From NCBI GenBank assembly GCA_040954595.2, contig CM082584.2, positions 12,368,875-12,432,874 on the forward strand: DNA of 64,000 nt. Direction: 5' to 3'. The stretch's first letter is position 1; the number at the start of each line of letters is the position of its first letter. The stretch comes from Balanoglossus misakiensis. Its lineage: Eukaryota > Animalia > Hemichordata. Made by a program: the position numbers and the translations under genes. This document shows positions 26,001 through 39,753 of this stretch, in pieces. The notes below the pieces were generated by a model, which was given only the letters and a program-made list of their open reading frames with translations, was not told where the DNA came from and made no database searches.

Positions 26001-27342
26001 GGATTTTTTCTTCTGCGATCATTTCATCGTTGTCAACAAAAGCCAATTTTCCACTGTCTCCACAATGTCAGAAATACGGAATCTGTGAGTTAAAATCGTG
26101 ATACAGCTATTCCAAGAACTGATCCTCGTCGAGAGGCAAATGATCAATGAAATGAGGTCTAATTGTTCTTGAGAGGATCAAGTGGTATGAAATATTGTAA
26201 TCATGTTACATAATCAAATTTCAAATATCCCTTTAGATGTATTGTTTAAATCGCGCGTAGCGTATGAATTGGTGAAGCTCTACACATCTCCAAAGGACGC
26301 AGATGAGCGCTTCCTCGGCCAAGATGGCAAAGCCCCTTGACGACTCATCAAAGCCATCAGTAAGAGAATCAGGTTTTCGATATCGAGCATTCAAATCTAA
26401 CAGGAAGCTCTGGTACTGGGTTTAAGATGCGTTGCTGTTAACTTTAGATGTTAAAAGATTAGAAACTACTGACACTCGAAAGGAACCTTAGACAATATTG
26501 AGTAATTACGTGTCGCTAAATTTTTTTACAGCCATATATTACGGTGAAAAGTTGAATTTTAACCCTGAACATTCATCACATGGCCTTTTCGCGAATCTGC
26601 GATCGGTGCTGCTGCCATAAACAGTTATCTTATCCATCTATACACATACCAGATCCCTTCGAATGTCAGGATTGCGATCTGACCTTTCAGGTGATTATTT
26701 CGGCGTGAAGTTGACCGAGCGAAGCTTTGGCAGGTTTACTTTTTTTGATTGAGGAGGTTACAGTGGTGGTGGGGAAGTAATTTCCCGCCAGTCCCGTGAG
26801 GGAATGCGAAATATCTTTTAGTAACTGTGATTCAACACCAAGAAACTGCAGACATGCAGTCGTAATGCAAAGTTATAAAAATCAATATTGATCATTCTTA
26901 TACTACTGCATACAAGGGAGGCAATTGATTCCTCTTGTGTATTTCGCAAGTTGAGTGACGCTTACCTTCAACCACGTCCAAGACGAAATGAAGCCCCTGA
27001 TTGAGTCAAATAACTGTGGAATATCACAGTCGAATATTTGTTTGGGAATTTAAACACAGCATTTGAACGCTCTAACGTGAAATGAAACTGAATTATAGAT
27101 AAGAGCATTGGCTGCGTTTACCTTATAAAAGCTGAAACGACGGTACACGGGGCTGCTTGCTGAGAAGGAGGATGGTTCCAAAGAAGTCGTTCTTTGCTGC
27201 AGTTTCCTCTTGGTGTTAGTCTTGATACTTGCTCAGCATTGGAATAGATAACAAAGTCTTTACCCTGTCCTTGCTTGAATGTCGAACGGGAGATGTGCAC
27301 TTGAGTAAAAAAGCGGTTACGAGTTAAGTTCCTGGCCAGCTC

Positions 27343-27463
27343 ATTGGCTGACGAGATCACGCCCACATGACAATGCCTCACCAATCAGGCGCGCTTATTT
27401 GACACCCGCGTAGCTGTATGACGTCAAGGGCGGTGTCAGTGATGTTTTTAATAACCGGAAGTG
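27343..27463. promoter_or_regulatory. Promoter/enhancer-like motif cluster with no adjacent annotated gene
   Basis: ATTGG 27343-47, CCAAT 27381-85, full CRE TGACGTCA 27419-26, GC box GGGCGG 27428-33 and ETS site ACCGGAAGTG 27454-63, all within 120 bp and CpG-rich. Confidence 0.4.
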
Positions 27464-30400
27464 AGGTAAAATAGCTATTTTGAGAGGTATACAAATGAAA
27501 TCTGAAATCTTGAATTTTTTTCCTCCCAGGGTCAAAAACCTTGTCATAATTCTTCAATTTCCTGGGGATATCATTTGATATTTTCACTGCAGCCACATTG
27601 TATAATGTTTGTTGCCGCTGTATAATGAACACAGCATCCTATTATCTATCGATTCCATTTAACATATTTTTTTAATTATCGGCGTCTGACGTAGGCCCTC
27701 TCTCACACAAGGCGATCAACTGCTCACAGGTGGCCTTTTTTATGACGACAGCATATATTGGCTTCTTTGCTTTTCCAGACCTTGGTTGACTCCTTGTTCA
27801 GTATTGTGGCCGGTTTTCTACAGATAGTATTTTTTTTCTTTGAAATTAAGTTTGAAAACACTTTTGAATATTCTTCTTTGCATGTACATAATGTGGTACC
27901 AATTTCGATGATTTTCAAGTTCTATTTGGGTGCCAAGCAAATGCTGCATGCGTAGTCATTACTTTCCTTTCCCATCAACCATTTCATTTTCGGCTGAAGA
28001 ATTCGATATGAATCCAACGCATCTCAGAAGTGTTTATCGTTCTAGCCGATACAACTCCAGTGGTCAGAGTCAACACTAGACTTGGACTAAAATCTATGCT
28101 TGCCTTTCCATGTGCACTACCACGATTGAGGTATAATCTGCAGATTCAACTATAGACTATATACGTATATTGCCGACACTAAGTAGCATCCTATGTTACT
28201 GCATGCATACCACTCGCGCTTTACAACGAACGTGCGTAACTCAATATTTCGAAAACCTGAATATTTGTGTATGTAAGACTCATCACTTGAAAGTAATGAT
28301 GGAGGTCATAGTTGTGACACAATAAAATTTAACGAGTGAACTTTTCCTGACACCCCTCTGCCAATATTGAAAATACATGACCATTTTTCTCTGTCGCAGT
28401 CTCATTAAGACGCCTCTGTGTCTGGGTTCTTAGGTTCGTCAATACCTCCGCGCTTCTGCCTGACAAGTTCAGTAAGCTCGTTTGATATTAAGCTTAGTGG
28501 GATATGTGGATAGATACCAGGCGGGGGCAGGGCTTTCGTTTGATATGTTAACCAAGCGATTTACCTGCTGTAATCAAAACATATATTCGTTGCAAACTCC
28601 TAGACTACAATTAGAAGAGTTGAAGTAATCTTTTTTTTCTTTGTTCACGAGGAGATAACGCTTACTTTCTCTCCTTCTTGCTCCACTTCCTGCGCAAAAT
28701 CCGTTTCTCCTTTTTCGATAAAAATCGCCGCCCATTCCGCATGTCTGAAAGGTGGGCGTCTTGAAATCTTTGTTGTAAATAGGCTAACAGTTCTGGCCAG
28801 GTCTGAGAGAAAGCTGTATCTATCAGATTGTAGATGCGATAGATGCTTTTGATTTTGTTCGAATGTCATTTAGATAATTTTTCTTTAGGAAAAAACGACA
28901 AAGGTGACCATAAATATCTTCACATAAAGTTCAAATACATCCCAAACATATAAGTGTACCTCCATCTACTTTAGCTTCAAATCATTATCACTTTTATCAT
29001 CGTTTATTTGCTGGTTGATTGAATTTAAATTCTCCGCACAAAGTTCACCGTTGTCCCCATTCCTTGATCATAAGGCAAAACTATGCTTCCTGTCTCTAAC
29101 TTATACATGGACAGCATAAAATATTTCTAACAGCTTCGACCTTAACCCGGGCCTTGGGCTGATATGTACTCCATGGATAAATCATGTTCCAATAGTTTCA
29201 GCTTGGGGGTGTCAGACTTCTGAACCCCATACAGTCCCCTCTACGTCATTCCACAGTCCCTCCCATCACTTAGAGTCTGAGCGCTCGCACATCCCGCGTT
29301 CATCCCACAGTTTTTATCGCGAAGATTTGTAAACGAGGCATATTTCATAGCGACGGTTACTTCTTCTGTTTTTATGGATTTCTTTAATTGGCTCCTGCGG
29401 CTAGGGCTTGCAACATCTGCCACGAGCGGACAGGATTCTGTGAGAATTAATCGTGACTTATGACAGACATCTCTGTACCACTTACCACTTGCGTCACAGT
29501 GGCAATAAATAGACGCCGTTTTCTCTTTGGTAACGGGCGCTGCTAATTAAACGTAAACCCATCTTTGGTAGGTGGTATGACAGCAACAAGGAGAATGTAT
29601 TGGCGTCTTCATCCCAGTATCTTCCATGGCTTTGAGCTACATGGTAGCTGTATCTTTCGGACAACACACAGATCAATCATTAATTTTGGAAAAGACCGAA
29701 AACTAGATTACCAGAAGAAATATGGCTATTTACAGAATGCGCCGAAACCGACCAAAACTGGATCATTATTTTGCCTGTAGAATGTACTCCAAGCAAGTGT
29801 CTGACTTTGTCTACTTCAGCTTAAAATAATTGTCTCTTTCGGACACGACACAGATCAATCTTGGCTTTTCTAGAACAAAGTTTCCATACTACTGTCTTTC
29901 TAGATAGACGTAGTATGTACAGGCACAGCTAACATGCTATGAATATTTCATAGTCGTGGTAGATTAGAACTTCACAATCGTCCTTGCGTCATTTACTTGT
30001 TTAATATAAAAACAACAGAGTTTGCCACGGTTGCTTCTAAATTGGCCCTTTTCATTATAATGGAACAATGAGCCTCTTGGGTTTGTTGGAAAACCTTCCT
30101 GCCTATTGTCATCCAATCCATCGAACAGTGCATAACAAGACCCCGGAGGGCCACGCTTTGGTTGTCGACTCACGTTGAAAACAACAATGCCAACAAGATC
30201 ACGCCTTAAGTACGACACTGTCAACGTTGTTGTTGTCTTGTTTCCTGATTAGTTTGATACTCAAATCCTGCTGGGATATCTAACGTATAGGAGGGCCATG
30301 CCAGCCAAGCATCAACTTCATATCTATAATTGTAATTGGTTGTTTGGAAGAAGAGGAGGATGCGACACGTGTGAAAATACCATTTGCGAATCTAAACAAA

Positions 30401-31722
30401 TATGGATTTTACGGAGTCCTTAAAATATTTACGATTTGCCCATATACATGCTGTTTGGTTAATGCGCACTTTGTCAAGGCGTGATCGTTGTATGTGATCT
30501 GAGTGACGCATATGGTTCGTCACGCCTTCGCGACTAATTTTAGAGTTCAGTGTCGTTGGTATGGCGACTGAATATGCCTGGCCATCACCAGTTACCAACA
30601 GCGTGGCAACATTTCATTTCAGCAGCAAACATGAACAATATTCTAAACTAAAGTGTAACAATCCCATGTTACCCAGATGAGTTTTGCTCAGTAATTAAAA
30701 GAATATTTCTCGTGTGTCTCCTTTCTCTATCAGTCTCTTTGGAGACTTCTGTATATTTCCCATGATGTCTTTTAAACTTCCAATTTGTTTTAAGTGATGC
30801 ATGGAAGGGATGATGATGAGGATGATTGGGTGGAGGAGAAGGCGTAGGTGATGGCAGACGAACGATATAGGTGTATGAGGATGACGACGATAAGGAGGAA
30901 TAGCCGTAGGTATCCATTTTTGCTTTTTCTCTTCCACTTAATTAATTTGAGGGGGATTTCCGACCATTTATCAAGAAAGAATCCTAGATATCGTATTGTT
31001 TAGATTCACAGTTACATTAGAGTGAGCTCGACTCAAAGTAAAATTACATCTATCTACACTGCCCATTAGATCTCGAAACTTCTGTCACGCAAGTTATGTT
31101 GACGCTTTAGATTGGGCGCACTTTTCCAGGACTGCACAGAAACATCGCTATAGTTGTCAAAAGTGATGATGAATCTTGCCAGCCTCTCACTTTATGCCGT
31201 TTACAATCACTTGTGGGAACTCTGGTCGATCAATGTCAGCTGGTGGTAATTTTAGGAAGTCGGTTTGAAATCACTTCTTGCCTTGCTAATGAACCGCTTG
31301 CATCCCCTAAAGCAATATTTGTGAATCGGTGGAGCGAAGCGTCCTGTGCATATGTCAGCTAAGGCGCCTATTATGGATTCAAACTGTGGCGGAACTCTAA
31401 TTGCTGGGAACAGTTCATTTCCTTTATTAACATTCAATTTAATTTCATTGATTTTGCCCTCCCATCTGGCGTACAACTGCGTATTCTAAACGTCTCAAAC
31501 ACTGTTAATCAGCTACAGCACATATCTTCAAGCGTTGTGTTATTGACTGCCCAAGTGGACCCGTTGCATCATGGGCCTGCAGTAGAAAAACTGTGGGGGT
31601 GATAGAAATGGTAAACAGTTTGCCTCTATCACAAAGTACGTGGACCCATTAGCATTCATGTCAAATGGCTCCTTTTCTTGCACCCACACAATCTCACAAG
31701 GTCCTTCATAACCCACGCATTC

Positions 31723-31776
31723 TGTACTGTATCATATTGTATTGTATCTTACTGTATTGTAATGTATTGTATTGTA
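31723..31776. repeat. Degenerate (TGTAT)n microsatellite
   Basis: tgtactgtatcatattgtattgtatcttactgtattgtaatgtattgtattgta. Confidence 0.75.
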
Positions 31777-34700
31777 CAGAAGTGTATATTATAATTTAGA
31801 TGGTACATGATGGTAAATCGCGTTTTTCTATTACAAACAATGGTGTGGACCACAGCAACAAGCTCATAAAATTCTATACTTCTATCAGTTTAGACACGTA
31901 CGCTTTAAAATCAAATCCAGCAACGAAACACGCGACATCCACTAACATAGCCTTAATCCAACCTTTTGATTAGTAAATCTTGCTCCACTTGGACGGGGTT
32001 TACACAAAGGCTTATTTTAATCCGTTTGTCGGATGTGTGTATGAGAACCAATGAAGCACAAGAGAACCTAATAGATCTTTGTTTACGTTTGTTACTCATC
32101 GACCGTTAAAATAAGCCACTTTAGTCGCCTTCAAGAGAATTACAGCTGATAATATTTCGTTCAATAGTGCTAGCAAATAAACTTCAAAATACCCGGTGCA
32201 GAGGGGAAGGTACTTATTTGTGGAAGAATAAATCACGATAAGTACAGACAGACAGACAGAGTATTCGGTACAGATATGTTCTTCAAATCGGTTGAATAAC
32301 TACATTTCTACGTTTGAAGTTAACGTGGTTTTCTGTCAAAATGGCCGTGTTCTTTCTTTCAAGTTTACCCAGAGGTATTCCAATCATTTTCTTCCAGGAC
32401 ACTGCCACGAACAGGATATTTGAAACCTGTTTCACGGAGTCTCGCAACATTTTATGCGAATTGTATATATATGTCAGCTATTAACAAATGACGCCTCTTG
32501 ATGAATATTGATGTTATGCACTGTACGGCTCCAAGATATTCGCACGTAAACATCCTATACGCCCTCTCAAACTGAGCAGCCTGGTTTATTTTTGGTGTGG
32601 GCACTTAATTTTGATTTGACCAGCATTCCATTCTGTAGAGTAGTAAGTATAGCAGAATTTAAGGACGACAAGCAGTTTGGCTTGTTCATTACTCACTGCT
32701 GTGCCATGGTGACGTCACATATGGACCCCACCAATCAGCGATCTGCATTCAACACAATCACGATTCTGGAAGCGGTGTAATAAGTTGTCAATTTCTCACA
32801 CACCACACCTGTGAACTATGTGACAATTCATTATTTCCAACATGTTTATACTTTATTAAGTCAGGAAATATGACGTGTCGATTCTCATGGCATGTGAATC
32901 TTGCCTAAACGCGCGGCCATAATTCACTTAGACGCACAGCAAGTCCACTCAGAAATTGATTATACATTCATTGATGTTCAAGGAATTTTATGGTTTGTTT
33001 GCTGCACTGTTGCTATGTCGGGGTTTGGTCTAATCGGAAGTTCTCACGATGTTGACTGTCCAAGCTTAGGCTCTTGTGTCCTAGGTTGTTTCGTGGCTGT
33101 TATTTTAACTGTACAAGATATTAGAGTCATATTTTTCTTCTTTTTGAATGTTCTCATATTTTCTGTGCACCAGAAAAGATATGTGAAATAATATCATTTC
33201 ACGTCAAGAAGAAAATTCACCATCTTTAATCCTTGATCAGTTTCTTTATTACAATCAAGAACAACAACAACAATATAGTTTTTATGGCAACTATTAGAGG
33301 TCGTTTGACACAAGAAAATCTTAGTTTAAAATCCAACTTCAGAAATATCCCGCCGCGAGCAAACGTCAATACTGTGGCGCCTTCAGAGATAACGAATTCA
33401 CTTCCCTTTTACTACACGGTCATAAAAGCGTCTTTGTAGCGGGAAACCGGACGCTTTGCTTCGACGTGGAAAGAAGATCAGAGAGAGCGCACGCAGAAAT
33501 CCGACGTTCTCAAGAAACATTTGCCGTGTGGTTCTGGAGATGCCCAAATATGGAAGCGGAAATGAACATTCCGTTGCGGCTGTTCGCCAGTCGTCGATAC
33601 AACGGAATTCAAAGTTACCGATGAGGAATCGCTTTTAATAATGGGATTAAGGAGACTTAGAAAATTCAAATAATCTCTTAATAAACGTTAATGCCGTCAT
33701 GATTGGAGTCGTCAGACCTATGCCTTCATTGCCTATATGCATTTATTACCCTTCGGATGGGGTTATCATTGTTTTTCGCCTGTCTACTTTTAGTTTTAGA
33801 TAGCGCTGACCTCGTTTATCATACTTGGATTTATATTAAACGACACGAAATATCTTCAGCCTGTTCGTGCTTTTCACAGGAAATAGTGACATGAACTAAT
33901 TTGGTGGCGAGTTGCCTGTTTATTTCCAATACATGTACTTGCAAAGTCTGTGGCCATCGATAGTATACAAGACTTATCGATGGAAAAGACGGCGTTTGGT
34001 GTACGTGACAGTCCAAATATACTTTGAACTACGACTAAATTTGCTTATAACATTTCTGTACCAAACATTTATTCCGGTTTCGCTATATCTGCTGTCTCTC
34101 AACAAGAAAATAAATCTTTGAGGAGAGATATGGTGTGGTTGACTATAAGTTCGTCAAGTTACCTCACAATAATGCAGACAACAAATTTAAAGAAACATGA
34201 ATATGATGATTGTTCCCACCTTTTTACGAACCACTCTCTTCTTTGGCCAAATATACTGATGAGATATTGTGCTACTTTTTCCGGTTTGTCCCCAGTTTCT
34301 TGACAACATGTTTGGATTCTGACAATTTCAACGGTCGGCCATATTGTTATCCTGTTTCGTTTAAAAATCTCGCTCTACACTGTTGAAAGTTTTGTTAGCT
34401 AAAATTCTTACATCAATTTTCCCCTTTCGTATGTCGCCTTTTTTAAAAACAAAATTGCTCTATGTCACTATTCAGGCTCTGTGTAGAACGCAGATCTTAA
34501 TTTGTAACGAATAATAATTGTGAAGCGAGTACGATATTAAACGTGGGTAATGAAGTCGTGAACAGTTCTGTAGTGGAAATTTGACAGCTTTGCAATACAA
34601 ATTGTAGCGGCAAGTTATTGGAGAGTGAAATGGCGGGAAAGTAAAGAGCCACCTGTTTGTTATTTAATAACGTGCGATTTCATCGCCATGTCGTCCTTCT

Positions 34701-37700
34701 GCAGAACTTTATGGCAACGCTGCTTTGGAGATACAGATTTGTTTGCTATCATCCGCCCATAAAATTTGAATTCGTATTAAGGGCAACGTGAGGTGAACTC
34801 AACGGCTTTATTGAATGTTGAAATTGGCGGGATCTTTTTTGCCGAAATTACCGTAACCTCATTTCGTGAAGCCAATAGATTCTTCACGACTGTTCAAATT
34901 TAAGGCACCAGTTTAAAATGATTACCATCCCAGTCAAATATTTCCATTTCTTCACAATATAAAAGACAAAATTAAACCGACCCTGATTGGCAGGTGGCAC
35001 GAAAAATGTAACCTACGTCATGTCGGCATGACAACGGCGCACCGTTCCGGAGGGAATAAATAAATACTACACATGCACGATGTGTTAACGTTTATGTAGT
35101 TTATTAAATATAAGAGGCTGTTCGCCATTTTGGAAAGTAAATGTTTGAAACATTATGTTCTGTTTAATATACATCAGTTAATCTGAGCACAAATTCTTCG
35201 GGGCATTTTTCAAGCAGTTCAAGTTACACGCAAAAACCTAATCAGAAAAATGAACGTCTCAAGATTTGGAAGAAGAAAAAAACGACATTTTGTCCCATAA
35301 GGACATGACTATGTTAATCCTATTTCCCAGTTCGTGGGCAATTCCACACGTCTTTTCTAGATAACGGTCTTCTGCTTGTCCCTGAACGGAGTGGCTTAGG
35401 CGCATTTCAGTTTCGTGACATGGAAATGGAAATAATTTAGAAATAAAATCTGTTTTTTATCAAATTATTGACCAGTGCACGTGGAACGTCAAATATGTTT
35501 TCAAATATTATCCTAGGAATACAGGAATTTTTTCTCTGCCTATGAAATATGCATGTTTTCATAATAAACCATTTAAATTTTATTCCAACAGGCTTGGTGA
35601 TGTATTACCGCATCTTCTTCGTGGGAACAATTGATGGTGAAAGATAGGAGTGCTACAAGCTCTGTATCCGTGCAGTGCCTAAAGGAAGAAATGATAAGAC
35701 CATCGTGAAATTTGGATAAATTGGCAGAAAACCCTTGCTTCTATTGAATTTATCGTTTTGGGGTATGTGTATATTTTGATTTATTCATATTGGTATACAC
35801 ACTTCCAGCACGACATTCTCCTGCATAAAACAAAATATGAGTGTGTGTATAAAACTTATATACCACTGATCAGTCTGAATATCATAATGTGTGTGTGAGA
35901 GAGAGCTGAGATAGACACAGAGAGAGAGGAGGGAGCTAGAATAGCACATACATGTAATTCCACCGGTAAGACTTTGGCTCTTAAAAGTCGGTTTAATGAA
36001 GAATTATAGTTTGCTTTATTGCAAGCAGACACTATAGCGTTGTTAATTTCGCCGCCACGTTGGCGTTACATCATTCGCAAATCCCCGCTAGTTCCATGTA
36101 CACCCAGTGAATGCCGGCAGTAGTGACGTTTGCGTGTGCCGTGTTTGGCGATCCCGATTGAATAGTAATGACGACGGATGGATTGCCGCAAATCCCCACA
36201 GTTTGATAAACGTCACACGCCAAGAACTAATCAGCTCCTTTGGGAATACTTGTATGAACAACATCGATTCGTTTTTATCAATCGATACGCAGACCGCATC
36301 GCCCGAACACGTTTTTGCACAAATCTATCAGATCGAATTTAAACTTTTCTTATTTGGAGTAATTTCTGCTAAATTTACCAAGGTACATCCACAGAAATTC
36401 TTTTAGTTGGCTGCACTGTAATATACTATTGTCTCATCGGGAAAGATTATTTGGTACATTCTTTTAACACTAATTATCTTCTGCAGATTGCTATCACGAT
36501 GACTACCCTTTACCTGTAATATTGTGCCCTGCGCATGCTCTAGACTTGTAATATATTTACGAGTATTAAAAATGTGTGCGTGTGTGTGTGCGCTTGTGTG
36601 TAATCTTGTCATCTTGCAAATTTGACTTGGGAAATATCAGAAAATGACTAATCACCGCGTTGCAAGGGCTGTCAAAGATTTCTAACAAGAACAAATACCC
36701 AAGGGAAGTCCGCCTTCTTCAAGGGAATCGCCTTTTTTGATTATCCCAAGAAATTTCCCGTTTTAGGGGATATTCAACTATTACTAATTGAAGATGAACT
36801 GGGATTATACAAATCTCGACTCATATCTTCTTGCACCGATGAACTGTAACCAACTTTATACAGGCACCAAATCACAGGTGTTAAGTAACTATACGTGGCA
36901 GTCGAGGTGTGACATGTTATGGTTTCACAGATGTAATGTGACGATACGAAGATGGGTCTCGCCTTGTCTGAAAACAAGCGTCATACAACTCATGTTGTTT
37001 AGCGGTATCTGTCAGTTATGTGACAGGAAATGAGTAATTAATCCACGGTTGATATCTGATAATCTCATCTCAAGGCTCAAATAAGTTTTATAGCCAACAA
37101 TGTATAAATAAACTAAAATAACATTAAGATGCCATTTTCAAAAGTAAAGTGGTTGCTTTGCTGTTCTTGCAAGCGCACTGTAGGCAAAGTTGCCTTCATA
37201 AATCTATTCACAAATACCGTGAAAACTTGAGATTCAACCAGTCAAATAAATTCAGTTTTCTGGAATGCTACAGCGCCACAGTACGCCGATATGGAGAAAT
37301 GATTGTTCAAAACATTAATTAACACCCAAGTACACACTACAACAACTAAATGTAGTATTAGAGTTGAGCAACTGATTTCACTCAGATGTCAGGAGATAGA
37401 CTTTAGCCCTCACTCAGATAACCATCCCAATCAGAAATCATCATCGTTTCCAGAGATTAAATTGAAAGTACTCACCTGTGTTCGATTCGCTGACTCGTGA
37501 ATATCACACAAAATGATTTCACGTCCCGAGTGCCCGTCACAACGATTATGTCTTTTGCTTAAAGCCACTTTGTGATTGAAGTTTTTTTTTTTGCAGAAGA
37601 TTAAAGACAATTGCGTTCTCCTCTTTTTTACGCCTTAGTGCAGATCACCTTGACTTAAAATGCAAATTGTGCGTGTACCTGTTCAATCCTGGATCCATTT

Positions 37701-38314
37701 TACATTTTCTTGGGATGTCTTTTCATACGACAAATTATGTAGTTTTATACAGTATGACAGGGTGATTAGCTGATTCTACAAGGTGGACGTCAGTCGGTCA
37801 AGTTTGTGAGTATTATGAAAACAGTGCAGTGAACACACTGTTTTGTTCCATGCTTTCAAAAGGAGTCCTCACACACTCTAAGAATTGAAATGTTTTGGAC
37901 AACTGTTATTTTTCTGAAAGTCTGTCCCCAACGGATATCAAATGCCTTAATTCCACAACATCAAGTTGAAATAAATAAATGGAAGCAGCAAGAATACAAA
38001 TTTTACACAAAATTTGTAAACGAATCACATTTTATTTCAAGGTAAGTCGTTTAAGTATCCATACATACAACTGTGGGGAAAACAATAAATGGAAATACAA
38101 AAAGTTGGGGAAAATAAACTATGGGGGCGCTGTTGTGTTACAGAAATATTTCTTCAAGAAGCACATGTACGATCCCCAAAGGCAGTGAATTTCTTATGTC
38201 TTCTTTCTTAAGTTCTATGATAATGTATCCTCTATTTTCCTTATAGTTTGGTCGTGCTATTTATCTCTGGCAAATTCAAAAACAACATCTCCTTTACTAC
38301 AGTCAATGACAATG

Positions 38315-39403
38315 TCACCAGACTTTGTGCTTCATCACCAGATCTCCGATCACTTGCATGTATTTTGGGGAAAAGTCTTTCAGTGCTAGAGACAGCAAGA
38401 GAGGTTTACTAGTAGGCTCCGTACAGATTTTACTGGCAAGGTTCTTGGCATAGATATGAATCCCTGGCTGTTGAAATAATGCAAAACATAAAAAAATGTT
38501 AGCTCAGAAACAACTTTCGAGATAACTTAAAAACATGGTGTACAAGTGAATCGAACATGTAAATAGTCTACTGTTGAAGACTCGAACCATTACTTTTGAT
38601 CCATGGAATCTTGTAACTTACCTCATCTTTTCCAAGAAGAACCTTGGTTGTAAATGATGGGGATGATACCTCTACGAAACCAACCAAGTCTTTAGTCACA
38701 TGAACCTAGAAAAATAACAGAAAAATGCACAGTATTATACATCGTGATTTAAATAATAATTCTTAACAGGTGCATCTGCACTTAACTTAAAGTAAGGCAA
38801 GTTTACATGTTTCAAATAAACAGCCTTTCAGTATGATCACTTACCAAAGTTCCTAACTTTTGAAATTGAGTGACCACGATGAATAACCTATCTGAAAACG
38901 CTGTGCAGATGACATCTGTATGAACTCCGTCTATAGTAACAGCTCCCTGGATAGGTGAAAAAAGAAATTTGGTTGTTTATCACTGAAAGAAACTGTTGAG
39001 TTTTAGTCACATCATCATCATTATCCATCAGCATCGTCATCATCATCTTGGTCATCATTATCATCATCATCATCATCATCATCTCCTCCTCCTCTTATAT
39101 AGCGCATTACATTCTATACCAGGCAAAACCAAGAGCGCGTTATGCATGCAGCATGGGGGTACCTCCATGCATGCAGCTACACATACAGCCTGAGCATAGA
39201 ACATGCACTCCCTCAGAGGGGGCGTGTCCGCTTGATTGGCTTGAACAGGATACAACTGCATGAATCATACGCAGTGACGATAAAATGTTATACTTTGCGT
39301 TATTTATCGCCATAGAGATAAACAATTAACAGGAACTGATTCACTGTACCAAGTCATCGTTGTAACTTACCTGTTTCGTCTGCAACACTTCCCCGGCCGC
39401 CAT
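38315..39403 (-). CDS. PSMG3: Proteasome assembly chaperone 3 (PAC3), 123 aa, 4 coding exons
   Basis: Exons 39403-39371, 38946-38845, 38705-38622 and 38467-38315 (all phase 0) give MAAGEVLQTKQ GAVTIDGVHTDVICTAFSDRLFIVVTQFQKLGTL VHVTKDLVGFVEVSSPSFTTKVLLGKDE PGIHIYAKNLASKICTEPTSKPLLLSLALKDFSPKYMQVIGDLVMKHKVW*. This matches the PAC3 signature motifs (CTAFS…VVTQFxKxGTL, TTKVLLGxDE, AKNL, terminal VW). A minus-strand AATAAA lies at 38031-38036. Confidence 0.95.
39010..39093. repeat. (CAT)n/(CCT)n trinucleotide microsatellite in PSMG3 intron 1
   Basis: catcatcatcattatccatcagcatcgtcatcatcat…ctcctcctcct; this explains the poly-His/Met/Ile ORFs in the track. Confidence 0.85.
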
Positions 39404-39753
39404 CTTGGGGAATACCCCTTTACCAACCCCCTAACTAGGTGAAAATTTCAACGTCTATTTTGAGGAGTTAGAAGTCTCAGTTTCTTGTTGAAATTGTTGC
39501 TTATCTGTGAAAATTGTCTTTATACCCTTTTTGTGAGATATAAGCTGTTTTATGCGAATACTGAACAAAAATAACTGTTTCGCGTTGGAAATTCTCTTCC
39601 GCGACTGTTTTGAATAATTAACACCAAAACGAGGCAACAGAATTCCCATACAAAGTTGGGTGGTCTGCTGTGTGCATTGCATGACGTGTATAAATAGTAA
39701 TGAGCACGGTAGCAGTAGATATTTACCATTCCTGAGCTGATACAGTGCCCGCG
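39404..39753. promoter_or_regulatory. Bidirectional promoter region shared by PSMG3 and P4HTM
   Basis: The divergent start codons are only 350 bp apart. A YY1-type CAAGATGGCGGC overlaps the PSMG3 ATG, and a half-CRE TGACGT plus TATAAATA sit at ~39682-39696, upstream of the P4HTM ATG. Confidence 0.7.

Noticed and set aside
38888-39263. Poly-Met/His/Ile ORFs
   Set aside because: Translations of the (CAT)n microsatellite in PSMG3 intron 1.
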